Shown here piece by piece: positions 50,003 through 63,990 of a stretch of DNA of 64,000 nucleotides (its first letter is position 1; the number at the start of each line of letters is the position of its first letter). A program made the translations under genes and the position numbers. The stretch comes from Mobula birostris (Eukaryota): the NCBI RefSeq assembly GCF_030028105.1, contig NC_092381.1, forward strand, positions 26,205,550 to 26,269,549, given 5' to 3'. The notes under the pieces were generated by a model that made no database searches, was not told the DNA's origin, and saw only the letters and a program-made list of their open reading frames with translations.

Positions 50003-50652
50003 AAGATAAGTGTGCCAAACTCCTTCTCCACACAATCTATCTACATTGCTGCTTACAGGGAACTATGTACATGCACCGTTTGGTATCTCAGATCTACAAT
50101 AATTTCCAGGACCCTATCGGTTACTGTGTATGTCCTGTCCTGGTTTAACTGACCAAAGTGCAACACTTTGCTTTTATCCATTATAAATTCCATTTGCCAT
50201 CCCTTGGCCCATTTCCCCAGTTCATCGAGATCCTGTTATACTCTTATACAGGGTGTCGTGGTAGTGTAGTGGTTAGAGCAATGCTTTACAGCACCAGTGA
50301 CTTGGATTCAATTCCTGTAAGGAACTGATGGTAGTTCTCCCCATGACCATGCGAGTTTCCTCCAGGTGCTCCAGTTTCTTCCCACAGTCCAAAGACCTAC
50401 CAGTTAGCAGGTTAGTTGGGCATTATACATAGTGTCGTGATTAGGCTAGGATTAAATTGGGGGATTGCTGGCAGTGTGGCTCGAAGGGCAGGAAAGGCCT
50501 ACTCCGTGTTACATCTCAATAAATAATTAAAAATAACCTTCTTCATACATCAGTTGGCTGTAATGGATGCAGTCAGAGGTGCTGTCTCATCACACCACTA
50601 GAGGACCAGTAGCAAAGCTTGTAATACTGTGTTTGGTTTCAGGCCACATTCA

Positions 50653-50817
<165 letters not shown>

Positions 50818-50861
50818 CTAGGAAGAAAGAAGAGTTCAAGTCTGCTGTAAAAGTAAAATCC

Positions 50862-51240
50862 CAAACACAAAAGATCCTACATATTCTGGAAATATTGGGG
50901 GACACACACAAAGTACTGGAGGAACTTAGCAGGTCAGGGAGCATCTATGAACAGGAATCATCATTCGATATTTCAGGCCAAAACCCTCCATCAGGACTGG
51001 AAAGGAAGGGAGGAGAAGTCAGAATAAGAATGTGGGATGAGGGGAAGGAGTACAAGCTGGCAGATGATAGGCGAAACCAGTTGAGAGAGGATGGGGGATG
51101 AATTAAGAAGCTGGAAGGTGTTAGTTGGAAGAGGTAAAGGGCTGAAGAAGGAGTCTGATAGGAGAGGGCCATGGGAGGAAGAGAGGGAGGAAGGGAACCA
51201 GAGGGAAGTGATGGGCAACTGAGGAGAAGAGAACGAGTAA
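50862..51240 (-). mobile_element. Older Penelope-like terminal repeat just upstream of the DPYD exon 16 acceptor
   Basis: ACACACAAAGTACTGGAGGAACTTAGCAGGTCAGG...TTTCAGGCC...CATCAGGACTGG plus a purine-rich body. Confidence 0.78.
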
Positions 51241-52477
51241 CGTTTAGTGTTCAAGATTACAAAAATAAAACAAATAACTTCCTGGTACCAAATTGGATTG
51301 TCATATTTCTTAGAAAATAGGCACATTGGAAGTAGATCATATTTAAAAATTAGTTGAAATATTATTATTTTGAATAATATCAGAAATTGCAATGATCCTA
51401 AAATGGTTTAGGAAGCTTTCAATAATAAATATACCCTTTTGAAATCTAACGACTTTGTTTAACAATCTGCTTTCACGTACAAAGATGAATGAGTTAGTTT
51501 CCAAAATAATGTTTATTGAAGTGATGGAGAAGGCTGTTCCTGCTTCAATCATGGCATAAATAGGAAATAACCTAGCAGAGGCTACAAAGTTCATTAGCTG
51601 AAAGTTGAGGGAACATTTGCCGGAAATCATGGCACTTTGTTTTTTGTTGGCTTTTGATGTTGAAGGCATGAGTAGTTTTCCCTAGATATTGCAAGCAAAT
51701 ACTGCGTTGGCACAGGGAAGGTACCATTGAACTGGTACGGAAGTGGTATAGGTGCTAAATTGGGTCTATCTGATGGTGAGAGAACCAGCATGATGGGATG
51801 ACTTACTTGGCCAATTGCTTTCAGACTTCTCCACCACACAGAAGGTAGAAGCAAGAAAAGACCATTCAGCCCCATGTGATTTCTCCACAACTCCATAGGG
51901 TCTTTTACCTCAGTATTACTTTCTTGTACCAAGCTTGGACTCTTTGACTTGGTAACATTTAAAACTCTACAATCTCCAATCATCTCCCACCTTATCTGTG
52001 ACCTGCGATGATTAAAAGTACCTAGCAAGAATCCCGCATTCACTTTCATCATCCCTCATTACAGCCTTGGATCCTTCCCTGATTATACTATTGCCCTAAT
52101 ATACTCAATAAAATACTTTGAGATATTCCATAACCTTATCTATCAGTGATAATTCTTGACTAAGTACCCTCCCTCAGACTTTCTATACTGACGTAGATAC
52201 ATATTTTCTATACTTGTGAAAGGCCTTGCAGGTTTTAGTCCTTTGTACCTTTCATATGCTACTCTATGTCCCTCATCCTTGATATCCATTCACATCTGAC
52301 ATTCCCTGGACTTGCTGTCCTTACGTTTCACCTTCTCAGGTACATGTTAGTCCAGAACCCTGATTATTTCACTTTTGAATAATTCCTACTCATCAGATGT
52401 AGAGCTCTCTGCAACTAATTGTCTTCTTCTAGGGAGATCAGGTCTCACCCGGGTCCTGAACAGATGCAATAACAAGG

Positions 52478-53490
52478 TCAGTGACCAGTGGTGTGCCTCA
52501 GGGATCTGTTCTGGGATCTTTTCTCTTTGTGATTTTTAAAAATGACCTGGATGAGGAAGTGGAGGGATGGGTTAGTAAATTTACTGATGACACAAAGGTT
52601 GGGGGTGTTGTGGATAGTGTGGAGGACTGTCAGAGGTTACAGCAGGGCATTGATAGAATGCAAAACTGGGCTGAGAAGTGGCAGATAGAGTTCAACCCAG
52701 GTAAGTGTGAGATGGTTCAATTTGGTAGGCCAAATATGATGACAGGATATAGTATTAACAGTAAGACTCTTGGCAGTGTGGAGGATCAGAGGGATCTTGT
52801 GGTCCGAATCGACAGGGCACTCGAAGCTGCTGCGCAGGTTGACTCTGTGGTTAAAAAGGCATATGGTGTATTGGCCTTCATCAACCGTGGGATTGAGTTT
52901 AAGAGTCGAGAGGTAATGTTGCAGTTATAATGTTGAGGTAATGGTCAGACCCTACTTGGAGTATTGTGCTCAATTCTGCTCGCCTCACTACAGGAAGGAC
53001 ATGGAAACCATAGAAAGGGTGCAGAGGAGATTTACAAGGACGTTGCCTGGATTGGGGAGCATGCCTTATGAGAATAGGTTGAGTGAACTCGGCCTTTTCT
53101 CCTCGGAGCGACGGAGGATGAGAGGTGACCTGATAGAGGTGTACAAGATGATGAGAGGCATTGATCATGTGGATAGTCAGAGGCTTTTTCCCAGGGCTGA
53201 AATGGCTAGCACGAGAGGGCATAGTTTTAAGGTGCTTGGAAGTAGGTACAGAGTAGATGTCAGGGGTAAGTTTTTTACGCAGAGAATGGTGAGTGCGTGG
53301 AATGGGCTGCCAGCGATGGTGTTGGAGGCAGATACAATAGGATCTTTTAAGAGACTCCTGGATAGGTACATGGAGCTGAGAAAAATAGAGGGTATGGGAA
53401 ACCCTAGGTAATTTCTAACGTATGTACATGTTCGGCACAGCATTGCGGGCCAAAGGGTCTGTATTGTGCTGTAGGTTTTCTATGTTTCTG
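52478..53490 (+). mobile_element. 5'-truncated young CR1 LINE (RT)
   Basis: SGVPQGSVLG, KFTDDTK, WAEKWQIEFN, ERVQRRFT. Near-identical to 15290-16066 and 32593-33049. Confidence 0.95.
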
Positions 53491-53824
53491 TGCCGGTGAT
53501 GATGAACTTCATTCTGATTCAGATTGTTTCCAGACATTGCGATGTTTATTTCTCTTAAACTTCTTTCCTCCACAGAGAAAAATCTCAGTCTCTCTGTCTA
53601 AGAATAACTGAATCACTTCTGCAACAATTCTATAGCCTGGTGACTAGGTCAGGATGCAATACTTCTTTTGCGGCCTATTAGTTTTATAGGAATTTGTTTG
53701 TAGTGGATACAATTGATCAAAATCAATTAACCACAGTCCTAGAAGTGAGAACTCCTCACAACAGTAGCACTGTTATCCATTTCATGGATAATGTGTTATA
53801 TCCTGTGATGGACGGCACTGTGGT

Positions 53825-54290
53825 GGACACAGCCCTACCCATCACAGGAAAAGCCCTCTCCACCATTGAGCACATCTACAAGGAACGCTGCCACAAGAAA
53901 GCAGCATCCATCATCAAGGACCCCCACCTTCCAGGCCATGCTCTCTTCTCACTCCTACCATTGGGTAGGAGGTACAGGAGGCTTAGATCTCACACCACCA
54001 GGTTCAGGAACAGTAGGAGTCAACCATCAGGCTCCTAAACCAGCATGGATAACTTCACTCACCTCACCACTGAACTGATTACTGAGCACAACCTACAGAC
54101 TCACTTTCAGTGACTGAAGCAACTCATGTTCTCAGTAATATTTATTTATTTATTGTATTTGCACAGTTTGTCTTTTGCACATTGGTTGCTTGTCAGTGCT
54201 TGTGTGTAGATTTTCACTGATTCTACTGTATTTCTTTGTTCTACTGTGAATGCCTACAAGAAAATGAATCTCAGGATAGTGTGGTGACTA
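53825..54290 (+). mobile_element. Rex1-type LINE 3' fragment
   Basis: KAASIIKDPHLPGHALFSLLPLGRRYR...TTRFRNS followed by a 3' UTR. Confidence 0.85.
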
Positions 54291-56832
54291 TCAGTATTAT
54301 TGAGGAGATGATGATAGAAAATGTGACTTATAACACTGATTGATGTACGGCACTCTTTGGGCATTTTCCTGATATTCATGGTAGAGCACTAACCAATGTT
54401 GCAAGGGGCATAATTATGATAGATTGATATTGCATGTGAAAAACAAGCACTTGCAAATTAAGTCCTACACCAAAATGTTGGAACTCTTAATCTTGAACTA
54501 AAACATTAAACGTATCTTTTTCCTTCAAAAACTTGCTCCTGTCAGTTATGATTCTTCTCGCTCCATTGCAGAAGTGAAAAAATAATAATAAGCACTGTGA
54601 ATGAAAACGACAGTAAAGGAAGAAGCTCCTTGATAAAGCCATTCATCATTGTTGGCATTTAAACAGTGAAGCTCGAGTTAAGCCAGAATTCAGTGGCAGA
54701 TTTCATGGTCAATCAGGCCAAAATCGGTTTAAAATGAATCTGGAGCTTAATATCAGAAAACCAATTACTAATAGCATTTAATTTAATTTCCCTTCAATAA
54801 GCTCTCTTAACCTGGGATTTTGTAGTAAAGACTGCAGCGTCACACACAAAACATGACTTGCAATTTCAGGATCATCACCGTGAGTATATACAGTCTGCGT
54901 TACAAGGAAATGCAGTTGTCAAGAGCTGTAACTACAGAGAGATAAAGCTGATTTTGTAGGATACTGTAAAGCTACGAGCCTACATGTGTTATGCTTCAAA
55001 GCAGGTGTGGGGTGTTAGGAACTGAAAGCGAATGGGAGGATATAAATCTTTCCAAATCTAACTCAGTGAAGGTTTAGATTTACTTTTAATGGCCTATTCT
55101 GGAAGTCAGGCAGACTGACTGGCTCGACCACTCATCAGACGAGGCAAGTTCTTGACAAAGACAAGCTGTAGAGCTGAGAGAGTCTGGGGAGAAAGGGGGG
55201 CATTGTAAAGCTGTGAAGATATAGTTGAGGACTGGTCCATGTTTGGGCAAAGGGTGACAGAGGTAGGGTGATCACAGAGCAGAAGTGTGGGGTTGTGAGG
55301 TGATAGTGCAAAGACACAGAGACACAGTGGGTGGAGATATGGAGGTGGAAGCTATAGGATTTACACCAAATTTAGTTAGACCTGGAGGAAATAGTTCTCT
55401 GTCGAATAATACAACCTTAAAATGAAGGCACACATCTTTCTTAATGACTGCTTAATGCTCAACTACCTTTGGGATTTAAAATTACCCCTCATATTTCAGA
55501 CTCATTTGAAGCTCTTTAAAAGACTTTTACCACCTTGAGTAATGTGGTAACAAGAAACAAAATATAGGAAATCAATCACTAACTATGTCACGCTAATGTG
55601 ATCAAATGCACATCACAGGAGGACAATGCAATTCATTTTAGTTTTATTCCATTTCCACTACAAATGAAATCTTTTTGGCTGACTTCCCTTAATCTCTCCC
55701 TCCAGTTTAAAACTAAGCAATATTTTTTTTCCTGTGCCAGGAAAGGCATATTAGACTGGTTATGTGTGGTGGGATGGAACAAGGGCTGGCTGTTGTGAAA
55801 TTCTTTTAACTTAAGGCCCAAGACTTTGTGTCCAATTTGGCAATCCTGTACAGGGAAGTGGTGAAATGGAGATGGCAAGATGGCATGGAGGTTGGGCTGC
55901 TACCCCTCAGGTCCACAGTCCCAGCTTCGATCCCAGCCATCAGTGTTCCCTGCGCTTTTTCTATGCATTTTCTTTCTCTGATTGTTCAGGCTTCCTCAGG
56001 TGCTCCTGATTCTTCCCACATTCCAAACACGCTGGTGGTGAACTGGAGTCTGTAAACTGTCACTAGGTGGAAATTAATGGCAAAGAGAATCAAGGGGAAG
56101 TTAATATGGACAACTGAGAGAATATGTTGGAGAAAAATGGGGAACTAGGAGGGGGGAATGGGATTATTCTCTGGAAGTTGGCATGGACACATGGACCAAA
56201 TAACTTACATTTACATCCTCATACGTTTGATTTAAGAGTTGTCAATCAGAGGAGGTGAATTTGTGATCCCTCCCTCGAATCTGATCAGAACCTGGAGAAC
56301 AGAGCTCTACAACAGGTGTGTGAGGTTCAAGTTTAGGGTCATAGTCAGGTCCAGTTATGATGTTCGTAGTCCAAGGGATACTCACAGCGAGGTCTGTGCT
56401 TGTTGGCTAAAGGCTAATGGTTTGCAGGTTTCTTTCAAATATACCCAGAACAAGCCTCAGGTTCATCAGCAGGGAGTTTCTGCAAGAGTTGTCCGCACTG
56501 CGGGGGGTATTTATATTTGAGTATAGTATGTGTTGGACATCATTGGATGCCATTTGGATTGTTCATCTAACTCACTGCGCTGGTGCATCAAAAGCACAGT
56601 GAATCTTGAAACAATTCCTCAACAAGTAAGCTTAAACTTTTATCTCATGAAGCATGTAAATGTTGCACCAAATGCTAAATTTATAAACCTAACCCCCTTT
56701 TAAGGGGAGTGAAGGAAATTTCAGGGAGATGTCAGAGGTAGGGACTTTTACTCAGAGAATGCTATGTGCCTGGAACACACTGCTGGTTATGGTGGTGGAG
56801 GCTGATACAGATGCAGTTAATTTAAGAGACTC

Positions 56833-57355
56833 AAGCAACACACATCAAAGTTGCTGGTGAATGCAGCAGGCCAGGCAGTATCTCTAGGAAGAGGTACAGT
56901 CGACTTTTCGGGCCGAGACCCTTCGTCAGGATTAACTGAAGGAAGAGTGAATAAGGGATTTGAAAGTGGGAGGGGGAGGGGGAGATCCACAATGATAGGA
57001 GAAGACAGGAGGGGGAGGGTTGGAGTCAAGAGCTGGACAGGTGATAGGCAAAAGGGGATACGAGAGGATCATGGGACAGGAGGCCTACATGATCCTCTCA
57101 TATCCCTTTTGCCAATCAACTGTCCAGCTCTTGGCTCCATCCCTCCCCTTCCTGTCTTCTCCTATCATTTTGGATCTCCCCCTCCCCCTTTCAAATCTCT
57201 TACTAGCTCTTCTTTCAGTTAGTCCTGACGAAGGGTCTCGGCCCGAAATGTCGACTGTACCTCTTCCTAGAGATGCTGCCTGGCCTGCTGCGTTCATCAG
57301 AAACTGATGTGTGTTGCTTGAATTTCCAGCATCTGCAGATTTCCTCGTGTTTGTG
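56833..57355. mobile_element. Inverted pair of Penelope-like terminal repeats (two hammerhead motifs) inserted into an old CR1 3' end (~56700-57520)
   Basis: Arms 56833-57073 and 57088-57319, 36-nt tail. 15-bp TSD TAATTTAAGAGACTC at 56818-56832 and 57356-57370. Confidence 0.93.
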
Positions 57356-58223
57356 TAATTTAAGAGACTCTTGGATAGGCACATGGATGAAAGAAAAATG
57401 GAGGGTCATGAGACATGTAGGAGGGAAGGGTTAAATTGCTCTTGGAGTAGCTTAAGAGGTTGACACATCATGGGCCAGAGGACCTTTACTGTGCTGCACT
57501 ATTCTCTGTTCTGCATTCTGCATTCCAAAAACGTTCTCCTCAATCCAGACATATGATCTCACTAATCTCATCTCAGTCAGAGAAAAAACAATCTCTCTTA
57601 TATTCTTTGCCACACCCATATACACCCTATTTCCTTCTGCAATGTCCCATAGAAGAAGCTTCTACCCCAAGTAAACCTCTCACTCTTCTATTTTAGCTGC
57701 CACATACCTGCATAGCAACGTGCCTTTCTCTACATTTGTATTAATTAAAACTCCTACTCTCATCCTGAAGCAGCAGAGATTTGGGGAGATGGGGTGGTAT
57801 CATTTCTCCTAGTAAATTTCCCCATAATCACTGCCCTAATTCCAAACAATACAGGTTTACAAGTTTATTACGCATGCCCAGCCAGATCTGGTTGGATCAT
57901 ATAGGGTCCCCTTTGATGTTGGTATAAAATTGTCTGAATATTCACATAAATGATTTCACTGCACCAGTAATCCAGCATAACTGAACAGATAGGAATTGGA
58001 ACTGGGTCATTGGAATTGGTTTATTATTGTCACAGGTACTGATGTACAGTGAAGTGCTTGTCTGGCATACAGATAAAATCATTACACAGTATATTGAGGT
58101 AGTACAAGCTAAAACAAGAACAAAATGTAGAATAAAGTGTAACAGCTACGAGAAAGTGCAGTCCAGGTAATCAAAAAAGTGCAAGAACACAACAATAGCC
58201 AATAGTCTATTTTATCATACTAG

Positions 58224-59126
58224 TGTCGTGGTGGGTGCTGATGATGTGGGAACCCGGATGTTGAGGACAGACAGAGTCCAATGTCGCAACGGCAACCAGT
58301 GTAACCCACGAACAAACCTCAGACACCCTAAACAGTTCTGAGAAACATGGAGGGCTATGGGAAATCTGGACAACCTTGAGAACCTTGATAACCTTAAGGA
58401 CTGGAAGTCTTCGAACAGGAGAAAGCCTTGAGACTTGGCAACAGCTTTGAACATAGACTAGAGAAGCTTGGAATGTGGAATTGAGAAGCTTAGTACGTAG
58501 ACAAGAAAAGTTCAGAACGTGGACTCAGAACATGGATTTGAAAAACTCAGAATGTAGCCTAGAGACAGTCAGAACATTGACTCAGATGTGGGCTTTAGAA
58601 ACTCAGAATGTAGACTACGGACTCTCTGAATGTAAACTCAGAACGTGGACTTGAGAATAGAATGACATTCTCACCTAAAGCCAACCAATGTCAAAACGTT
58701 GCTGTTCGACTTTCCAGAGGTCTATTATTAGTGGACTCTTTCTATTACGATGCCAGATCTCAGGTGCAGAGGACAGACAAGCTCTAATGGAGAAACTCCA
58801 ATGAAAGTGAGCAGAGTTTATTCATAAGAATTCTAATAGAACAGTGGTGGCTTGGCTGAGTGACACCGTGAGACGTAACATTCTCAAAACTAGGACCCTG
58901 CAATTAGTACTTTACAAGTAACAGGGAATCCTTGAGCCTAACTAAATAAACTTAACAAGTCTAAACAGAAAGCTTCAGGTGTCCATATTACAAAGAGCGA
59001 GAAAAACACAAGCAAATCTAAACGATTAAAGACTCTCGCTAAACAACAATTAACCAATTCAGGTGCATTAAAAACCTCAGAGCCCAATGCTCTTCGGCTC
59101 CCACACAGGCCTGAAGGCTTGTTACA
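58224..59126. mobile_element. Probable solo LTR with an internal minisatellite, inserted in a minus-strand Rex1-type fragment (~58010-59660)
   Basis: TGT...ACA termini; flanks ACTAG/AATAG (5-bp TSD with one mismatch). Degenerate ACTCAGAA(C/T)GT(G/A)GA repeats at ~58450-58660. Confidence 0.7.
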
Positions 59127-59398
59127 AATAGTTTTATAACATTACGCTAGAAGCTGTCCTTGAGCTGAGTGTTATATAATTTCAGGCTTCTGCCTAATGG
59201 GAGAGGAGAGAAGAGAGAATGACAGGGATGTGTGGACTCTTCGATTATGCTGGCCTATCTGCAGTTTCATGGGCAGAGCAACTGCCCTACCACACCATGA
59301 TGTATCCAGATAGGATAGTGTATCTATAAAAATTGGTAATGGTCAACAGGGACATGCCAAATTTCTTCAGCCTCCTGAGGAAGTCGAAGCATTGGTGA

Positions 59399-59500
59399 GC
59401 TTTCATGTCTGTGGGACCTATGTGGTTGGATTAAGTTAGGCTGTTGGTGGCTTTCATGTCTATGGGACCTATGTGGTTGGACTAAGTTAGGCTGTTGGTG
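59399..59500. repeat. 51-bp tandem duplication
   Basis: GCTTTCATGTCT(G/A)TGGGACCTATGTGGTTGGA(T/C)TAAGTTAGGCTGTTGGTG twice, two differences. Confidence 0.92.
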
Positions 59501-60561
59501 ATGTTAACTCTTAGGAAGTTGAACCCTACAAATCTCAGCACCATTAATGTAGACAGGAGCATGCAAACTGCCTCCTTCCCGAAGTCAATGATAACTTCTT
59601 TTGTTTAGCAGATATTCAGTGAAATGTTATCATGACATCATATAACTAACCTCTCTATCCTCTAGTTATCCAAAGGCATGAGTTCAAATCCCTTGATGGG
59701 AATTTCAATTCAGTTAATTAAATCAATCTGGCCTTAAGGGCTGGTTTCAATACCAGTGACCACGTTTTATCAACTTGTCATAAAACCTCAATGGTCTATT
59801 AATGTCTTTTAGGGAAGGAAATCAGGAAATGACTCCAGGGCAGAATGAAGTCATTCAGCTGGTTGAGGCTGTACTGGTTCTATGCAGGAGAATATTTATA
59901 AATCTGCCATCAAAACCTTGTCTGGTCTATGTATGACGTCTTCCTTAACTCTTCAATTTTATTCATCTCAGACACACCCAAGAACAAAATTTAAAAAACA
60001 GTTGAATTGCTAATCCATTATCAATACAAAGTTAGATAATTTAAATTCATTTCACTGTAAAAGAGGAAATAAAATTTGTTGCAATTTAAAATATTGTTAA
60101 GGAAATGAAGCCAAATTTCTTTACCTAATACCAATACAGTATTTGTAAACGTAGTCACACACCAGTGTGGCTGACTCGATTAAGTGTCCTCTAAAATTGT
60201 TTTAACAACCAGCTCACTTTTTCCAAGTTATTGTAAAAAATGCTATACAGGTTCTGTGCCCTTCAAGAAAAAGACCTGCCACACTTAAAGTCAACTGTGG
60301 TGAGTAATGCCATTCTTGCCAATACTATCCACGTCCTGAAACTGAATTAATTGCCTGTCCCATCCTATCCGTCAGCAATGGTTTAAATCAAAACTCTCTT
60401 TACTCGATGAAGCATTATCTTAAAATGAAAATGCATCTTACAAGCTAAACTTTGAATTTGTTGACATTCTACCTACACTTAATATAATGCCCCTTAACAA
60501 AACACAAGGCAAAACTTAACATTTAAAATCAGTTCAAGTGTCACAAAGACAAATAATCTAC

Positions 60562-60630
60562 CTCTGCCATTTTTGCAAGCTCTGTCCAGTCATCCTTGTT
60601 GTAAGTGCACATAAGGCTGGCAATGATGAT
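60562..60630 (-). CDS. DPYD: DPYD coding exon (human exon 15 equivalent), IIIASLMCTYNKDDWTELAKMAE
   Basis: Minus strand reads ctcctaacag|ATCATCATTGCC...ATGGCAGAG|gtagat. 69 nt, phase 0/0. Peptide matches the recalled human [23 protein letters not shown]. Not in the ORF track. Confidence 0.96.
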
Positions 60631-61610
60631 CTGTTAGGAGATAAATGACACAGCAGTTTTAAGAATAATATTCAAGAAAAAGCTTACTTTATAACAGAAT
60701 TATTACATATCTATTAGATCTTTACAGGATGCTTTTAATGAATAGATGAATATTTCAGTATGAAACAATATTAAATATGTTTTAATGCAAAATAATATCT
60801 CACAAATAACATTACTGTGGTCACATTAAAAACAAAATTATGCATTGTGCTGACATACAGTCTGAAATTTGATCTATTATTGCCCAGGGCACATGTATGA
60901 ACAAAATTATATTATGTACAAACACATCTCTTGCCACTAATGCAAAACGTTTCTATAATACAAGATCTTTTACAAATCAAAGCTACAGATCTTATCGTAT
61001 TTCTTCTTGCTGCGGCTAACAGGCTAATTCTTCACTTATAAGATCATGCTTTTCTAAAACTGGGAAAAGGGAAATGATCATCTTTGGTGCCCACTGCTGT
61101 TATCACCACTTTCCCTTGCAGCTCTTAGAAAATGAATCATAAAGCTCATGCCACCTTTGTCCATGAGTTGAACTCTGGACCTCATTTTTGTGTCATCAAT
61201 AAGACTATTTCCTCCTCCTGCAGGTTTGGCTACTTCCCCCTCATTAACTCACCTGCAGGTGAAAGTGTCATCTATGTCCTTCCTTACTTCGAAATTTGAT
61301 CAGTCTACACTACAAAAACCTACGGTCACCAAAGCTGCTGCCTATGCCCCAAAGTGTATTGAACCTCATTTACCCAGCACTACGATATGGTTGTTACCTA
61401 CATAGTCTTCCAGTGAAGCAGCACCTCAGATTTAAATTCCTTCTTATTTTGAAATCCTTTCAATATCTTCCATTCCTTTAACCTTTCAAAATGTTCATGT
61501 GTCTCCAAACCTGGCATCACTGAATTTGATTTCTCCACTATGAATTGCGGTATCTTTTGCTGCGAAGATCCTGAGCACTGGAAATTCTTCTCCAGTGTCC
61601 TTATTTGTGA

Positions 61611-61978
61611 GGCATCAGTTGGTCAGAGTCAACTATGGATGTTGCACTTTAGCTGTCTAGAAATCTAAGCCCGGGCAGTACAATATGGAGAGCAACCTGT
61701 TGCCCATGTAGTATGCTCCCCCTCTCCATGTATCTGATGAACCCAAAGGAACTTAGAGAACGATACAGTTTGGCAGCAGCAGCATCGCAGGAGTTGCCAG
61801 TCAGTGTTGAACTAAACATAGGTCAACTATCTTAGGGACTGCTCCAGACTTTTCCTACAAAGTTTACTCCTGAAGCCTTCTCCATGAGTGGTATAGCGTA
61901 AGGCAGCCGGGGTTTGAGATCAGAGTTTTCATTCTCCTAGGTGAGCTGCCAACCACAGCTGATGAACCTCATCTGCCC
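61611..61978 (-). mobile_element. Non-autonomous retroposon, probably RTE-derived
   Basis: Minus strand GGGCAGATG...GGCAGCTCACCTAGGAGAATGAAAACTCTGATCTCAAACC resembles RTE 5' UTRs (recalled). Its 3' half is homologous to the 3' half of the SINE at 377-685. Confidence 0.62.
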
Positions 61979-63899
61979 TTATTCATGCAAGTTACAAAAC
62001 AAAATCTTGAATATTGAATATGTGAAATAAAAAATAAGAAATACTCATCAGATCAAGCATCAAGTGTGGAGAGAGAAATAGAATTAATATTTCATGTATA
62101 TCAACCTTCATCTGAAACTAGCTAATAAGTCAGGAATGAAAAAGAGTTGGTAGAAGGGAGAACCACATTACTTGTCTTCCTTTAAATATTTATTTCTTTG
62201 ACTAAACCTTTGTTTACCTTCCCTTTGTGTTGCCTTATGTGACTTCATTTTTGTATCTTGTTTGGGTTGGTATTGTATTTAAAAGCACACAAATTAAATA
62301 CTGCTTTGAAGAAGTAAGATATTCACTTCAATAATATACGGCTGACAGTTAAACAGGTTTATGAAATTGATATTATTGCCACTTACGGTTAAAGGACCAT
62401 AATTACTTTACAGGATCTCTTCATGGAGAAAGTAGCGCATAACTAATTAAAAGCAGTATATATATTTTTGACACTAAGATAGATGCTATCTTTAAAACTT
62501 CTGGTATACACAGTTAAATTATTAAGTGTGCAATCCTGGCTGATCTATTATTTACTATTGTGTGAAAAGAAAAGTTCTCTTCATTATCATACAATTACAA
62601 TTTATAGAAATGCTAATTTACTTCAGTACTTTATCTGATAATGACATTTGCCTGAGGTTTTATTTCAGATTTTTTTACTGGAACAGAAAAGAAGAGGGTA
62701 TGCAAAGTAGTTGCCATGGGTACACCAGCCATAGATCTTCTAGAGTAGTTCTGTTGGATGAATATCCACAGAGTTGGTCACCTAGCATTAAAAGGTGACA
62801 TGTAGAAAGACCATGGCCTGAGAACTAGAACTGTTTTATTTGTAGATGGTGTCTGGTTCTCCCCAGACAAATCTAGGGATAGACCTATGGAGATCTTTCC
62901 ACTGGTGACCCAAGGCATGAACAAATCAGGGAGGAAAGTTCAAGGAGCTTTTTGGGCTTAAGCAGTTTATTAGGGTGAACTAGGAGTGCGCATAAGTTGT
63001 TTTTTTCTGCTCTTAAATGCAATTTTCAGCTACACGTGATTTACTATTCCCTGATGTTCTAAGAATTACTCCACAAAACAACTGTCTTCTGCCAAACTAT
63101 CTAAGGAAATTGGGTGATAGTTCTGAATCGGAAGATGACCACATCCCTATCCTGATGGTAGAATGGCTGCTCCCTCCTACCCAGAGGGCTATGTCTGGGT
63201 GAGCATAGCAGCCTAACTCAAAGGTTATGTGCAAGTGCAAGCGGGGCTCTATTCGACACACAGGAACTTAATTATCATTGTAAGGTTGTGCTGGGCCAGT
63301 AATGCATTATCCACAGATTAAACAGTATCTCCTGTGTCAGTCCATCTAAAGATAAGCTCAACAAATAAACTTGCAGTTCTTCCTGTATAGTTGGTAACCT
63401 AGAAATATTAGGAATGGACACTCAGTCCCCAGAGTAAGTTTCATAACTCAAAATGATCCTATCTACTCTGCAGTCTAATTCCATATGCCTAACTTTTATC
63501 CCATATCTCCAATTCCTTTCGGGGACAAAAACTACCAATCTCAGATTTAAAGTTAAGAATTGTCACATAGAGAAACAAATTGCTACCTTTTGCTAGTTTC
63601 CTTATTTCAGTCCTGAACATCTTAAATTTTAGACGATGCCACCAAATCCTACATTAGTAACCAAATGGTGTAATTTCTTCATATCTGCCCTTTAACTTCC
63701 CTCAACCTTCCCTTAATTATCATGAAACATTAACTTCTAAATTATAGGGGACGAGACTATGGTGTCTGTAACGTCATCTGGTAATTTAAATTTTAGACGA
63801 CCGGATCTCATTCTAGTTCAGTTTTACTCCTCTTAGTACTAACATATCATGAAAAAGGTGCGGTGTTCAAAACTATACACACAATGTGAATGCTACTGA

Positions 63900-63990
63900 T
63901 GTTACTGATGATAGAGCAGAATCAAATATCGCCGTGATGATTGTACGTTCTAGTATCAATTGTTTGGCGACAATAAAGTATAAAGTATAA
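63900..63990 (+). mobile_element. Short retroposon 3' end
   Basis: CpG-containing segment ending AATAAAGTATAAAGTATA. Confidence 0.45.

Noticed and set aside
58450-58660. CRISPR-like array
   Set aside because: The repeats are degenerate, have no unique spacers, and sit in a vertebrate LTR-like element; this is a minisatellite.
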